From: Candidatus Fermentibacteraceae bacterium
GTDB taxonomy: Bacteria; Fermentibacterota; Fermentibacteria; Fermentibacterales; JCC-6
Assembly: GCA_041750285.1 (NCBI GenBank)
Contig: JBGSZS010000018.1
Span: forward strand, 32,001 to 96,000
DNA length: 64,000 nt
Reading direction: 5' to 3'
In this document: one piece after another, positions 27,318-36,577 of the stretch
How the letters are laid out: each line of letters starts with the position of its first letter
Position numbering within the stretch: the stretch's first letter is position 1
Program-made: the position numbers and the translations under genes
The notes under the pieces: generated by a model
Database searches by the model: none
The model's input: only the letters and a program-made list of their open reading frames with translations
Told to the model about the DNA's origin: nothing

Positions 27318-28622
27318 CTAATCCACGATCTGCGAGGTCACAAGGTCCTTGAGCCACGCCAGAGTTTGTGTTTTGGCGACAATGTCAAGGATCGCCAGAA
27401 CCATGCCCAGGGTGATAAAGACCATCAGAATAGCCTTGCAGGCATCAAGCCCCTTGATGGATCCCATCTGCATGGGCTCATGGCTGAGGTAGGCGCTGGC
27501 CGCGTAGAGTTCCTCGCCTATCAGTGTGTAGTCGCAGGTGGTTATGAAGAACGGAAGCTGGACGACTGCGTCGGTTCCTGCGATCTGGATGGCGCCGGAG
27601 AGCGAACCGGTCTCGGCGAGGATGAGGCTCTCCGCCCAGAACATCCCCATGTAGAAGTTGGTGGCAGGTTTCTGACGCATCATTATGCCATTCACACCCG
27701 CAACGAAGGCGAACTGGCTCTGCGTAAGGAAGAACACGCTGTTGGGATCGTAGGAGTCGGGGCGGCCGGCCTCGAGGTAGGCCTGCTTCACTGCCTCTTC
27801 CGCAACGGTGTAAACCACGGGGTCGCGGTTTGGAACGATGAGAGCGGTCTGGTACTCTGCGACCTTTCTGGCAACCCTGCCAAGAATGGTGAGGCTTGCG
27901 ATGGTTGCCACATCGGATATGTCGGACAGACCGGGAACGTAGAGGATGGGCTTTCCCATCTCGGTGGCCCTGCCGATGGCCTCATCGATGGCTTCGATGC
28001 CCGCGATGGGTCGAAGGTACATTGTGGCGCCCATTCGCGCCCGGGAGAAGAAGTAGAAGATAAGCCCGAGGAAGATGAGGCATGCAACGAGCACCCTGAC
28101 CTTGCCCCGGTGGAACCACTGACCCGACGCCACCTCCTGGGCAATGACAGGCTCGCCCATAACTTCGGTTTCGTCGAGGTAAAGGGCTGATATGCGGTAT
28201 TCGTAGGCTTCGCCCTCGATCACCGGAAAATCGGGGTCGTGACCGTCAACGAACTGTGTGCCCTCGCCGACGGGTATCACTCCGACGCTCATCCATTCCT
28301 CGTCGGAACCGCCCGCAGGCCTTCTGTAGACGATGTACGCAGCGAAAAGGTCTGCGTGTTCCGCTTCACTGCCGGGAGAAAAACTCAGTATGAGCCGGTC
28401 TCCCGCGTCATCGGGATGATCGATGACCGTAATGTCTCCCGGTGCCGTGAGCTCAACACCGGCCAGCGGCGAGACATCCCCGGGGGGGACATCGAGCACT
28501 TCCTCGGCGGCAACTTCGGCAATTTCCGGTTCCGCCGGTATGGGCTGCTGTTCCTGCTCACCCGTCTGAGCCGCCGCGAGTGCGGTCATGATCAGAAGAA
28601 GCAGGGGTAGTATCCTTGTCAT
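27318..28622 (-). CDS. DUF6754-like membrane protein with Fn3-like extracellular domain
   Basis: Signal peptide, YEYRISA beta domain, TM, AIGRATEMGKP...LIGEELYAASAYL. Confidence 0.8.
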   Translation of the reverse strand: MTRILPLLLLIMTALAAAQTGEQEQQPIPAEPEIAEVAAEEVLDVPPGDVSPLAGVELTAPGDITVIDHPDDAGDRLILSFSPGSEAEHADLFAAYIVYRRPAGGSDEEWMSVGVIPVGEGTQFVDGHDPDFPVIEGEAYEYRISALYLDETEVMGEPVIAQEVASGQWFHRGKVRVLVACLIFLGLIFYFFSRARMGATMYLRPIAGIEAIDEAIGRATEMGKPILYVPGLSDISDVATIASLTILGRVARKVAEYQTALIVPNRDPVVYTVAEEAVKQAYLEAGRPDSYDPNSVFFLTQSQFAFVAGVNGIMMRQKPATNFYMGMFWAESLILAETGSLSGAIQIAGTDAVVQLPFFITTCDYTLIGEELYAASAYLSHEPMQMGSIKGLDACKAILMVFITLGMVLAILDIVAKTQTLAWLKDLVTSQIVD

Positions 28623-28646
28623 CGGCCCGCCTTTCCCGTTCAGCTG

Positions 28647-29564
28647 CTACTTGAAGAAGTCGACAATGATCTCGGCCACTTCAGCGCCGATCCTGTCGGT
28701 GGCGCCAAGGGTGCCCGCTCCCATGTGGGGACTGGCAACGACTTTGGCGTTCCCGATCAGTGGGCTTTCAGCGCCGGTGAGTGGCTCGGTCTCGAAAACG
28801 TCAAGGGCGGCTGCGTGAACCCTGCCCTCTTCGATGGCTGCCAGAAGGGCATCCTCGTCAATGGTTCCGCCCCTGCCGCAGTTCACTATGACCACGCCCT
28901 TCTTCATCAGTCCGAACTTTCCGGCGTCGAGGATGTGGTTCGTCTCCTTGTTGTGGGGAACGTGCAGGCTTATGAAGTCGGCTTTGCTGCAGAGAGTCTC
29001 GAGGTCGGTCTTCCTGCCCGGGAACGCAGGGGTCTCGCCTGCGTACGGGTCGTAGAAGATGACGTTCATTCCGAAGGCACTGGCTCTTTTGGCCACCTCT
29101 TTGGCTATCCTGCCGAAACCGATGAGCCCAAGCGTGGAGTTGTAAAGCTCAAGGCCCTTGCTGAAGGTTTTCTTGTCCCACAGGCCTTCCTTCATCGTGC
29201 GGTCTGCGCCCGTGATACCCCTGCAGCAGGCGAGCAGGTGTCCCATGGTCAGCTCGGCGACAGCAACGGAACTTGCCGCGGGAGTGTTCTTGACAGCAAT
29301 GCCAAGGGCTTCGGCGTGTTCGACATCGATGCTGTCCACCCCCACACCGCCCCTGACAACGAGCTTCAAAGAGCTTTTTGCGGCGTCGAGCACGGGAACA
29401 CGGACCTTCGTGGCGCTTCTGACCACCATGGCATCGAAACCGGGGGCGACCCCGATGAGGGTGTCCTGGTCCATGCCCGTTTTGACGACGACATCGTGGC
29501 CGGCTTTTCTGACCACATCAAGCGCGTCTTCGGATACAGGATCGCAGATCAGTACTTTTGCCAT
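28647..29564 (-). CDS. serA: D-3-phosphoglycerate/2-hydroxyacid dehydrogenase (no ACT domain)
   Basis: VVRSAT, GVGVDSID, GFGRIA, NCGRGG, DVFETEP, SPHMGA. Confidence 0.82.
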   Translation of the reverse strand: MAKVLICDPVSEDALDVVRKAGHDVVVKTGMDQDTLIGVAPGFDAMVVRSATKVRVPVLDAAKSSLKLVVRGGVGVDSIDVEHAEALGIAVKNTPAASSVAVAELTMGHLLACCRGITGADRTMKEGLWDKKTFSKGLELYNSTLGLIGFGRIAKEVAKRASAFGMNVIFYDPYAGETPAFPGRKTDLETLCSKADFISLHVPHNKETNHILDAGKFGLMKKGVVIVNCGRGGTIDEDALLAAIEEGRVHAAALDVFETEPLTGAESPLIGNAKVVASPHMGAGTLGATDRIGAEVAEIIVDFFK

Positions 29565-29626
29565 TTACGTACTTCCTTTCAGGTATAAACCGTAGTCTGA
29601 TTTTCCGTCTGAAAGCAGTATGCAAC

Positions 29627-30574
29627 CTATCCCCGTGACCGTGCCAAGTCAATGGCGGCAGTGACGATTCCGCCGGTGGAAAGGCCAAAGAGACCCATGA
29701 GCTCACCAGGGGTTCCGCTTTCCCCGAAACGGTTCGGAACACCGAGCATCCGCATGGGCAAAGGCCGGTTCACGGCGAGGAACTCGGCCACCGCTCCACC
29801 CAGCCCACCGGTGACCTGATGGTCCTCAACGGTGAGCACACCCGCGGCGGAGCCGGTCGTCTCCATAAGAAGCTTCCCGTCGAGGGGTTTCACCGAAACC
29901 ATGTCGATCACCGTGGCGTCCACCCCTTCTCCGAGCAGGACTTCCCGGGCCTCGAGGGAGGGGGCGACCATCGAGCCGCAGGCCACGATAACGATATCCC
30001 GCCCCTCGTGCAAAAGGTTCCCCCTGCCCGAAACTACGGGCCATTCTTCGCCGTAGACCTGCGGGACGGGATTCCTTCCGAACCTTATGTAGACGGGGCC
30101 TGGCATGTTCAGGGAGGCCAGGACGGCCTGTCTCGTCTGGGCCGCGTCGGCGGGCACCAGAACCGTCATTCCGGGAAGGCTGCGTGTCTGGGAGATGTCT
30201 TCGAGGGCCTGGTGGGTTCCCCCGTCGGGACCCACGCTGGAACCGCCGTGGGCTCCCCCTATTCTCACCGGTAGAGCCATGTTGCATATGGATGTTCTGA
30301 TCTGGTCAAGCGCCCTCCCCACGGCGAACACTGCGTAGGTTGCGTAGAAGGGCATGAAACCCTCGAGAGCGAGCCCCGCCGCGTGGCACGCCATGTTCTG
30401 CTCGGCGATGCCCAGGTTGAAGCAGCGGCCGGGAAAGCGCTCGCGAAACGCCTGGGTGCCGAGGGACCGCCCCACGTCACCGTCGATGACAAGAACCCTC
30501 GGATCGATCTCTGCGGCGTCCAGAAGCCCCTGCAGGTAACCCTCCCTGCTCGGACGAAGATCCGTGCTCAGCAT
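29627..30574 (-). CDS. tkt: transketolase C-terminal subunit
   Basis: GIAEQ, GPDGGTHQ, EDH..GGLG, FGESG. Confidence 0.9.
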   Translation of the reverse strand: MLSTDLRPSREGYLQGLLDAAEIDPRVLVIDGDVGRSLGTQAFRERFPGRCFNLGIAEQNMACHAAGLALEGFMPFYATYAVFAVGRALDQIRTSICNMALPVRIGGAHGGSSVGPDGGTHQALEDISQTRSLPGMTVLVPADAAQTRQAVLASLNMPGPVYIRFGRNPVPQVYGEEWPVVSGRGNLLHEGRDIVIVACGSMVAPSLEAREVLLGEGVDATVIDMVSVKPLDGKLLMETTGSAAGVLTVEDHQVTGGLGGAVAEFLAVNRPLPMRMLGVPNRFGESGTPGELMGLFGLSTGGIVTAAIDLARSRG

Positions 30575-31401
30575 GGCCCGAGCTCCGCGAGGGCATCGGC
30601 CAGTTCCCCGTCATCGGGCGCCCGTCCGTGCCATGAGCAGTCGCCCTCCATGAAGGATACCCCCCTGCCCTTCACGGTGTCGGCGATCAGCACCGACGGC
30701 CCGGTCATGATCCCGGAAACCGCCTTCGCCATGGCATCGAGATCATGGCCAGCACACCTCCGTACGTTCCAGCCGAACGCCCTCCATTTATCAACGAGGG
30801 GTTCCACTGGAACTATGTCGCAGGTGCGCCCGTCAAGCTGGACACCGTTGTTGTCCACGATCGCCGTGAGGTTCGAAAGCCCCAGGGCAGGCGCAGACAT
30901 GATGGCCTCCCATACGCTTCCCTCCTGAAGCTCGCCGTCTCCCAGAAGGCAGTACACCCTGGCCGAAGACCCCCTGAGCCTGAGCCCGAGAGCCATGCCG
31001 GAAGCTATGGAAAGCCCCTGGCCAAGGCTTCCCGTTGAGCAGTCGAGTCCCGGAAGGCTCTGCATGTGGGGGTGGCCCTGCAGCCTTGATCCAAATCGCC
31101 TGAGCGTGGAAAGCTCTTCGACAGGAAAATAGCCGCAGTCGGCAAGAACGGCGTAAAGGGCCGGAGCAGCGTGCCCCTTTGAAAGCACGAACCTGTCCCG
31201 CCCGGGCCAGGCGGGGTTTCCCGGGTCATGCCGCATGAGGCAATGATAAAGGAGGACCAGTATCTCGACGCAGGACAGGCTGCCGCCGGGATGGCCGCTG
31301 CCGGCATCATGTATCATTCCGAGGATCGTGCGGCGCAACTTTCGGCACTTCCCGTCGAGGGAGCCTGCACCGGAGAGAATCGAACCACGGGTTTCAGCCA
31401 T
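30568..31401 (-). CDS. tkt: transketolase N-terminal subunit
   Basis: SGHPGGSLS, RDRFVLSKGH, GDGELQEG...NN TPP motif; start ATG 31401. Confidence 0.9.
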   Translation of the reverse strand: MAETRGSILSGAGSLDGKCRKLRRTILGMIHDAGSGHPGGSLSCVEILVLLYHCLMRHDPGNPAWPGRDRFVLSKGHAAPALYAVLADCGYFPVEELSTLRRFGSRLQGHPHMQSLPGLDCSTGSLGQGLSIASGMALGLRLRGSSARVYCLLGDGELQEGSVWEAIMSAPALGLSNLTAIVDNNGVQLDGRTCDIVPVEPLVDKWRAFGWNVRRCAGHDLDAMAKAVSGIMTGPSVLIADTVKGRGVSFMEGDCSWHGRAPDDGELADALAELGPC

Positions 31402-31406
31402 GTTCT

Positions 31407-33527
31407 TCAGCCCCGGGAAGCCCGTCCCCTTTCCTTCGTGAGGGGTACGTAGCCCGTAAGGATGGTCTTGGGCTCGTCGAACCCGAAGTCGATGGAGAGC
31501 TCCCACTCCGCACCGCGGCGCCTGGCGGAGAGGACCATTCCCCTGCCGTACCTTGGATGCCTTATCACATCGCCCCTGACAAAGCCTTCGGGCTCGGTGG
31601 GGCACGGCATGGAGGGTCTGGGAGCCGGCGTTTCGGCAAGGGTCGGGGCAATCTCCGCGAGGAAGCGTGACGGACCGCAATGGTACCTGCCCCGCATCGC
31701 CCTTGTCATGCAGGTCGTCAGGAACAGGGTGGTCCGGGCACGCGTCATGCCCACGTAAAGAAGCCTTCTTTCCTCTTCGAGGTCGGAGGGCGCGCTCTCG
31801 TTCTGGCGAATGTGGGGAAGAAGCCCCTCCTCGAGGCCAGCGATGAAAACGACGTCGAATTCGAGCCCCTTGGCGCAGTGAAGGGTCATCAGGGCGAGAC
31901 CCTCTTCACTGTACGAGTCCTGCGAAGTTAGAAGGCACTGCTCCGCAAGGAATCCCGGCAGTCCGCCCCGTGGGTTCTCCACATCGTACTGGGCGACGAA
32001 CCTTCTGAACTCCTCGATGTTCTCGAGCTTGGACTGCTCCGCGACGTCCTCGGGGTTGTACTGATCCTGAAGACCCGTCGAGAGAAGCACGTGGTCAACG
32101 ACCTCACCCGCCGGGTCACCGCGGGAAACCATCCGGGCCGCCCCGGAAAGGAAGGCTCCAAGTTCCCTGAGAGCGGTTCCACCCCTCGCCGTTATCCCGG
32201 GCCAGTCCGATGCCCGGGAAAGGGCTGTCAGGCAGTCGACACCCTCCCTGTAGAAGTTCAGGAAGAAACTCTCCTCGCCCTTTTTCCCAACCCCCCTGGC
32301 GGGTTTGTTGATGATCCGGGAAAGGCTTTCCCCATCCCTGGGGTTGACCAGAATCCTCAGGTAACTCACAAGGTCCTTGATCTCCTCGCGTTCGAAGAAA
32401 CGCTGGGCGCCAACCACCTCGTATGCCACCCCGCACCTCCTGCAGGCGGCCTCGAACTCCCGGGACTGGGCGTTGGTCCTGTAAAGCACGGCCATGCGTG
32501 AAAGGGGTGTGCCCGAGGACTGGAAGGCAAGTGCCGTCCTCACGCTCCACTCCGCCTCGTCCAGGGGGGAGGCGACGGGCTGCACCCTGACTGGCTCACC
32601 CATCTCCAGGACCGGAACGAGTGTCTTGCCGTGCCGGTTCGTGTTGTTCGCAACGAGCGCATCGGCGGCCCTCAGTATGTTGCCGGTCGAACGGTAGTTG
32701 GTCTCCAGCCTGACTATCTTCGTCCCGGGAAAGTCCTCTGGAAAGTCGAGGATGTTCGACACCCTGGCCCCCCGCCACCCGTAGATGGCCTGGTCATCGT
32801 CGCCGACAACCGTCACACAGGTCGAATCTCCCGCAAGGGTCTTCAGTATCAGGTGCTGAACGAGGTTGGTGTCCTGGTATTCGTCCACAAGGATTCTCAG
32901 GAACTTCGAACGGTAGTAGTCCCTGATGTCATTATTTTGACGAAGACCTTCGAGAGTGTATGTCAACAAATCGTCGAAATCGAAAGCCCTGTTTTCCGAC
33001 AGTGTTTTCTGGTAGGCGGCGTAAACATTCGCCATCGCTTCCTGCCGACCGGTAACCGCTTCCTCGAGAGACTGTTCTGGCGGGACAAGGTCGCTTTTCC
33101 TCTCCGATATCCATGACAGGGCCGCGGAGACCGTTATCCCTCCCGGAGGCGCGAGCCTCTTCAGAATCTTCCTGAGAAGGGCCTTCTGGTCTGATGCGTC
33201 GTAGACCGTGCAGTTGTCGGCGTATCCCAGGCGGCCGGCTTCCCTTCGCAGGAACCAGAGGCAGGTCGAGTGAAACGTGCCCATCCTGGGCAGGTCGCGC
33301 CCGCCGAGCATCTCCGACACCCTTCTGCCCATCTCCCGGGCGGCCTTGTTCGTGAAGGTCATGGCAAGGATGTTCCCCGGCTTCACCTTTCCCTCTCGAA
33401 GCAGGCGTGCGATCTTGGCAGTGAGCACCCTTGTCTTGCCGCTGCCCGCGCCGGCGAGGACGAGAAGGTGTCCCTCGTCGTACTCCACGGCTTCCTTCTG
33501 CCGGGGGTTCAGGTGAAGCTCAATCAT
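31407..33527 (-). CDS. uvrD: UvrD/PcrA SF1 helicase
   Basis: AGAGSGKT, VDEYQDTN, GDDDQAIY, NYRST, EERRLLYVGMTRA, C-terminal Tudor-like domain. Confidence 0.95.
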   Translation of the reverse strand: MIELHLNPRQKEAVEYDEGHLLVLAGAGSGKTRVLTAKIARLLREGKVKPGNILAMTFTNKAAREMGRRVSEMLGGRDLPRMGTFHSTCLWFLRREAGRLGYADNCTVYDASDQKALLRKILKRLAPPGGITVSAALSWISERKSDLVPPEQSLEEAVTGRQEAMANVYAAYQKTLSENRAFDFDDLLTYTLEGLRQNNDIRDYYRSKFLRILVDEYQDTNLVQHLILKTLAGDSTCVTVVGDDDQAIYGWRGARVSNILDFPEDFPGTKIVRLETNYRSTGNILRAADALVANNTNRHGKTLVPVLEMGEPVRVQPVASPLDEAEWSVRTALAFQSSGTPLSRMAVLYRTNAQSREFEAACRRCGVAYEVVGAQRFFEREEIKDLVSYLRILVNPRDGESLSRIINKPARGVGKKGEESFFLNFYREGVDCLTALSRASDWPGITARGGTALRELGAFLSGAARMVSRGDPAGEVVDHVLLSTGLQDQYNPEDVAEQSKLENIEEFRRFVAQYDVENPRGGLPGFLAEQCLLTSQDSYSEEGLALMTLHCAKGLEFDVVFIAGLEEGLLPHIRQNESAPSDLEEERRLLYVGMTRARTTLFLTTCMTRAMRGRYHCGPSRFLAEIAPTLAETPAPRPSMPCPTEPEGFVRGDVIRHPRYGRGMVLSARRRGAEWELSIDFGFDEPKTILTGYVPLTKERGRASRG

Positions 33528-33633
33528 TTGGCATCCTTTTTGCTTTCATTCTCAACGCGTTTGGTTGTGCACTGTATCTGGTTGTTTGTTTCAATGTTAC
33601 CCTTGCAGAACCCACATTGGGAGGAACTGCAGA

Positions 33634-33723
33634 ATGTACACCCCCGGGCTGAAAAGCTGGCTGGTCCTCGCCCTTTCGGGCGCGGTGGTTCCAGTGCTCG
33701 TTTCCCTGCTGTTCTCGGCCTGA
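33634..33723 (+). CDS. 29-aa single-TM small protein MYTPGLKSWLVLALSGAVVPVLVSLLFSA
   Basis: GGGAGG RBS 9 nt upstream; downstream hairpin; below ORF-track length cutoff. Confidence 0.55.
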   Translation: MYTPGLKSWLVLALSGAVVPVLVSLLFSA

Positions 33724-33774
33724 TCCCCTCCCAGGCCGGTTAACGGGGAACCTGGCAATTTTCGGTCCGGATCC

Positions 33775-33807
33775 GCGGGCGGCTGGTCAACCCCTCCAGC
33801 CGCCCGT
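33775..33807 (+). terminator. hairpin after small ORF
   Basis: GCGGGCGGCTGG-TCAACCCCT-CCAGCCGCCCGT. Confidence 0.6.
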
Positions 33808-33891
33808 ACCCGTTTATACAAAAAAAAGTCGCCCATGGGAAAAATGCTTTTTGGCAACAATTTTGCTTAGGTATTGGATGAACGATGAAAT

Positions 33892-34003
33892 GGGTCCAGG
33901 CTCCGCCACCCTTAGCAGGGTGAACAAGCAGGTCTGAAAGAGAATGGAATGGATCCCCTCCCCATTCCGGACCGGTTGACAGGCTTGAGGAGTCGGGGCG
34001 GAC
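33892..34003. ncRNA. candidate structured sRNA (irregular rod)
   Basis: Nested pairings GTCC/GGAC, GCTCCG/CGGGGC, CCTTA/TGAGG, GGTCT/GGACC, GAATGG/CCATTC. Confidence 0.4.
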
Positions 34004-34039
34004 AGGCGGCCGGTTACCCCTCCGGCCGCCTTAACTTTT
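34004..34039 (+). terminator. intrinsic terminator
   Basis: AGGCGGCCGG-TTACCCCT-CCGGCCGCCT then TAACTTTT; overlaps deoC stop. Confidence 0.6.
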
Positions 34040-34676
34040 GCAAGATCATCACGCCCGAGCTGGTGCCGATAATGGAGGCTCCCGCGGCCAGCATGGCGAG
34101 AACCGCCCCGGGTGTCCTGATGCCGCCCGATGCTTTCACATGAACTCCGGAGCCAACCGTTCTGCGAAGCAGCGCGACATCGGCCACGGTGGCGCCACCG
34201 GAACCGAAGCCGGTGGAGGTCTTCACGCAGAAGGCGCCGGCTTCCACGGCCAGACCGCATGCAATGACCTTCTCTTCATCTGTGAGAAGGCAGGTTTCGA
34301 GTATGATCTTCACGGGCACCCCGGCCGACCCTGCGATCTGTCTCAGAAGCGAGGACACCTCCCGTACTGCTCCATCCTTCAGATGTCCCAGCGGGATCAC
34401 GGCGTCGATCTCGCGTGCCCCGTGCGAAACCGCAAGTTCGACCTCACGCGGGGTGGCCGGACCCGAACCGAGGGGGAACCCGGCGACCGAGCAGACCAGG
34501 GGGCCTTCCTTCCCGAGGATCGACGAAGCCAGAGCCACCCGGCACGGGTTAACGCAAACCGACCTGAACCCGTACTGAACTGCCTCGCGGCAATAACGCT
34601 CAACATCCCCGGATGTCGCATCGGGTCGAAGCAGCGTGTGGTCGATCCTGCCGGGAATGTCCCCCGGGTCGGTCAC
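34014..34676 (-). CDS. deoC: deoxyribose-phosphate aldolase
   Basis: IDHTLL, GFPLG, VKIILET, VKTSTGF, VKASGGIRT; GTGA overlap start. Confidence 0.95.
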   Translation of the reverse strand: MTDPGDIPGRIDHTLLRPDATSGDVERYCREAVQYGFRSVCVNPCRVALASSILGKEGPLVCSVAGFPLGSGPATPREVELAVSHGAREIDAVIPLGHLKDGAVREVSSLLRQIAGSAGVPVKIILETCLLTDEEKVIACGLAVEAGAFCVKTSTGFGSGGATVADVALLRRTVGSGVHVKASGGIRTPGAVLAMLAAGASIIGTSSGVMILQKLRRPEG

Positions 34677-35977
34677 AGGCTCTGCCTGACGAAAACGAAC
34701 ACCGTTTCCCTCGCGGAGACACGAACAGGAGCATGGGAGGAAGCCCGTCCGTTGACCGTTATGCCAACGGGCCAGGTTCCTTCCGGAACCACGACCCTTG
34801 CAACATGGATCTGCGCCGGCATGGTAAGCCACGCCCTGAGGTCGGCCCTGTCGGTAACCGCACCCACGATGCTCAAAACAAGGCCCACTGCGTCACCAAC
34901 CCTGGCGTCGCCGCTGGCCTCTTCGGCTATCCCCTCGCCAAGCTCGGAAACACCCGCCTTCACTGCGGTCCTTGCGGCCGCCCTTAGAACGTCGCGTCCC
35001 GCATGATCCTGAAGGTTCTGCCTGGCAAGCGCGTTCATGTCCTGCACGAGGAAGAATGGTTCCCTGTTCCCGGCAACCTCGGCCGTGGCGGTCACTGAAC
35101 GCCTTGGGCGTTCGGATATTGCCGGCAGTGAGATGTTGAACACGCGGTCGTCGGTGACCACGGAATAGCTTTCCTCGTGCCGTGTCGCGATGCTTCCCGC
35201 CTCGAGCACGAGAACGATCTCGCCCATGCCGGCGCCGGATGGCGTGTTCCCGGTGTCGAGGCCGGGCCACCGTTCAGTGTACTCGGAGAGCAGGCTTTCG
35301 TAGCCCGTGGCCCTGGCAAGGCGCAAAAGATCGACCTTGAGCCTGTCGGGCACGGGTACGCCGTAGTTCCGGGCGTAGTCGCCCTCGTAGATCTGAAGCG
35401 CCAGCCGGTAGCTCACCAGGGCATCGGAAAGCTCTCCGTCCGCTTCATACAGCATCCCCATGAAGTAGCGGATGAAGGCATCGTCAATGTACCTGTTGGG
35501 GTTCTCGCCGTAGTCGGAGTTGAACACGCGAAGTTTCTGGTTGACCCTTCGAGCCTCGACCAGGGCGTTCTCGTAGTCTCCCGTGGAGGCGAAACTCGCT
35601 GCAAGGGCATAGTTGATGAACACCTTTTCGTAGTCGGCGCCCCTGAACTCCCTGGCAAGGTCGCTGGTGAGCAGGGCTGCCGCCTCCTGATCGAAAGCTG
35701 TGCCCCTCTGGTTGTCGCTGATGCTCTCCGCCCTCAGAAGAGCAGCCCTGGCAACCTGTTGGGCTCCGGCGTATCGGGCCAGGTTGCCAAGCTCCATCAG
35801 ATAGAGAAGCCTGTCCCGGCCCGTGGAGTCGGGGAAAACCTGTCTGAGGCGGACCATTGCCTGCTGGGGCTGGTACGAATCGAGCATTCCCACCACGGGA
35901 CGGATCGTTCCGGTATACCCCGCAGCGCACGCCAGCCCCAGCAGAACGGTGGAGAAAGCCAGAAGCCTTCTTACCAC
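34673..35977 (-). CDS. COG3014-like TPR lipoprotein
   Basis: Lipobox LAC, YEKVFINY, ALVEARR, ADLRAWLTMP. Confidence 0.75.
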   Translation of the reverse strand: MVRRLLAFSTVLLGLACAAGYTGTIRPVVGMLDSYQPQQAMVRLRQVFPDSTGRDRLLYLMELGNLARYAGAQQVARAALLRAESISDNQRGTAFDQEAAALLTSDLAREFRGADYEKVFINYALAASFASTGDYENALVEARRVNQKLRVFNSDYGENPNRYIDDAFIRYFMGMLYEADGELSDALVSYRLALQIYEGDYARNYGVPVPDRLKVDLLRLARATGYESLLSEYTERWPGLDTGNTPSGAGMGEIVLVLEAGSIATRHEESYSVVTDDRVFNISLPAISERPRRSVTATAEVAGNREPFFLVQDMNALARQNLQDHAGRDVLRAAARTAVKAGVSELGEGIAEEASGDARVGDAVGLVLSIVGAVTDRADLRAWLTMPAQIHVARVVVPEGTWPVGITVNGRASSHAPVRVSARETVFVFVRQSL

Positions 35978-36564
35978 TCGATGATCTTCTTTATCTCGGT
36001 GGAACCCATCCAGACCTTGAGAGCGGTCTCGACGCTTACGAGTTCCAGGTTGACCTGATAGTAGACCGCACGGACATCGCCCTCCTGGTCTTCGACCGAA
36101 TTCACGGTTCCAACCATGACAAAGTCGGCCCCGACTTCCCGGCCGAACTGCGCAGCGGTTTCGGGGGAAGCGAAGATGGACTGGTCGCGGCGTTCCTGGC
36201 GGACCTCCTCACGTTCCCGGCCCCCGGCTGCGATCTGCACCCTGCCGCTGTTCAGAAGTGCCCTCTCGATGTCGCTCATGAAAACATCGGTGTTGATGTG
36301 CTCGAGGCTCTGATTGCGGACACCGCCGACAACGACAACCGGCTGGGCGGGCACTCCCCGCGCCTCCTCGCCCCTGTAGGTCACGTTGAGCCAGGTGCCG
36401 GCCATGCACTGGGCGACCATGGAGTCGGCGACGATGCGAGAGTCGGTGTCGTTCCAGCGGCCGCTGAGGTCTGTCTGGGTTCCGGGATCGGTGCGTGTCA
36501 CGGTCCTGCCTCCGCACCCCGCCAAAAGAGCAACCAGAGCTGCCGCTACAAGAAGCTTTTTCAA
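35971..36564 (-). CDS. lpoB: penicillin-binding protein activator LpoB-like lipoprotein
   Basis: LLAGC lipobox, DLSGRWNDTD, NQSLEHINT, GADF; TTG start 36564. Confidence 0.8.
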   Translation of the reverse strand: MKKLLVAAALVALLAGCGGRTVTRTDPGTQTDLSGRWNDTDSRIVADSMVAQCMAGTWLNVTYRGEEARGVPAQPVVVVGGVRNQSLEHINTDVFMSDIERALLNSGRVQIAAGGREREEVRQERRDQSIFASPETAAQFGREVGADFVMVGTVNSVEDQEGDVRAVYYQVNLELVSVETALKVWMGSTEIKKIIEW

Positions 36565-36577
36565 GGTTACACCCCTT

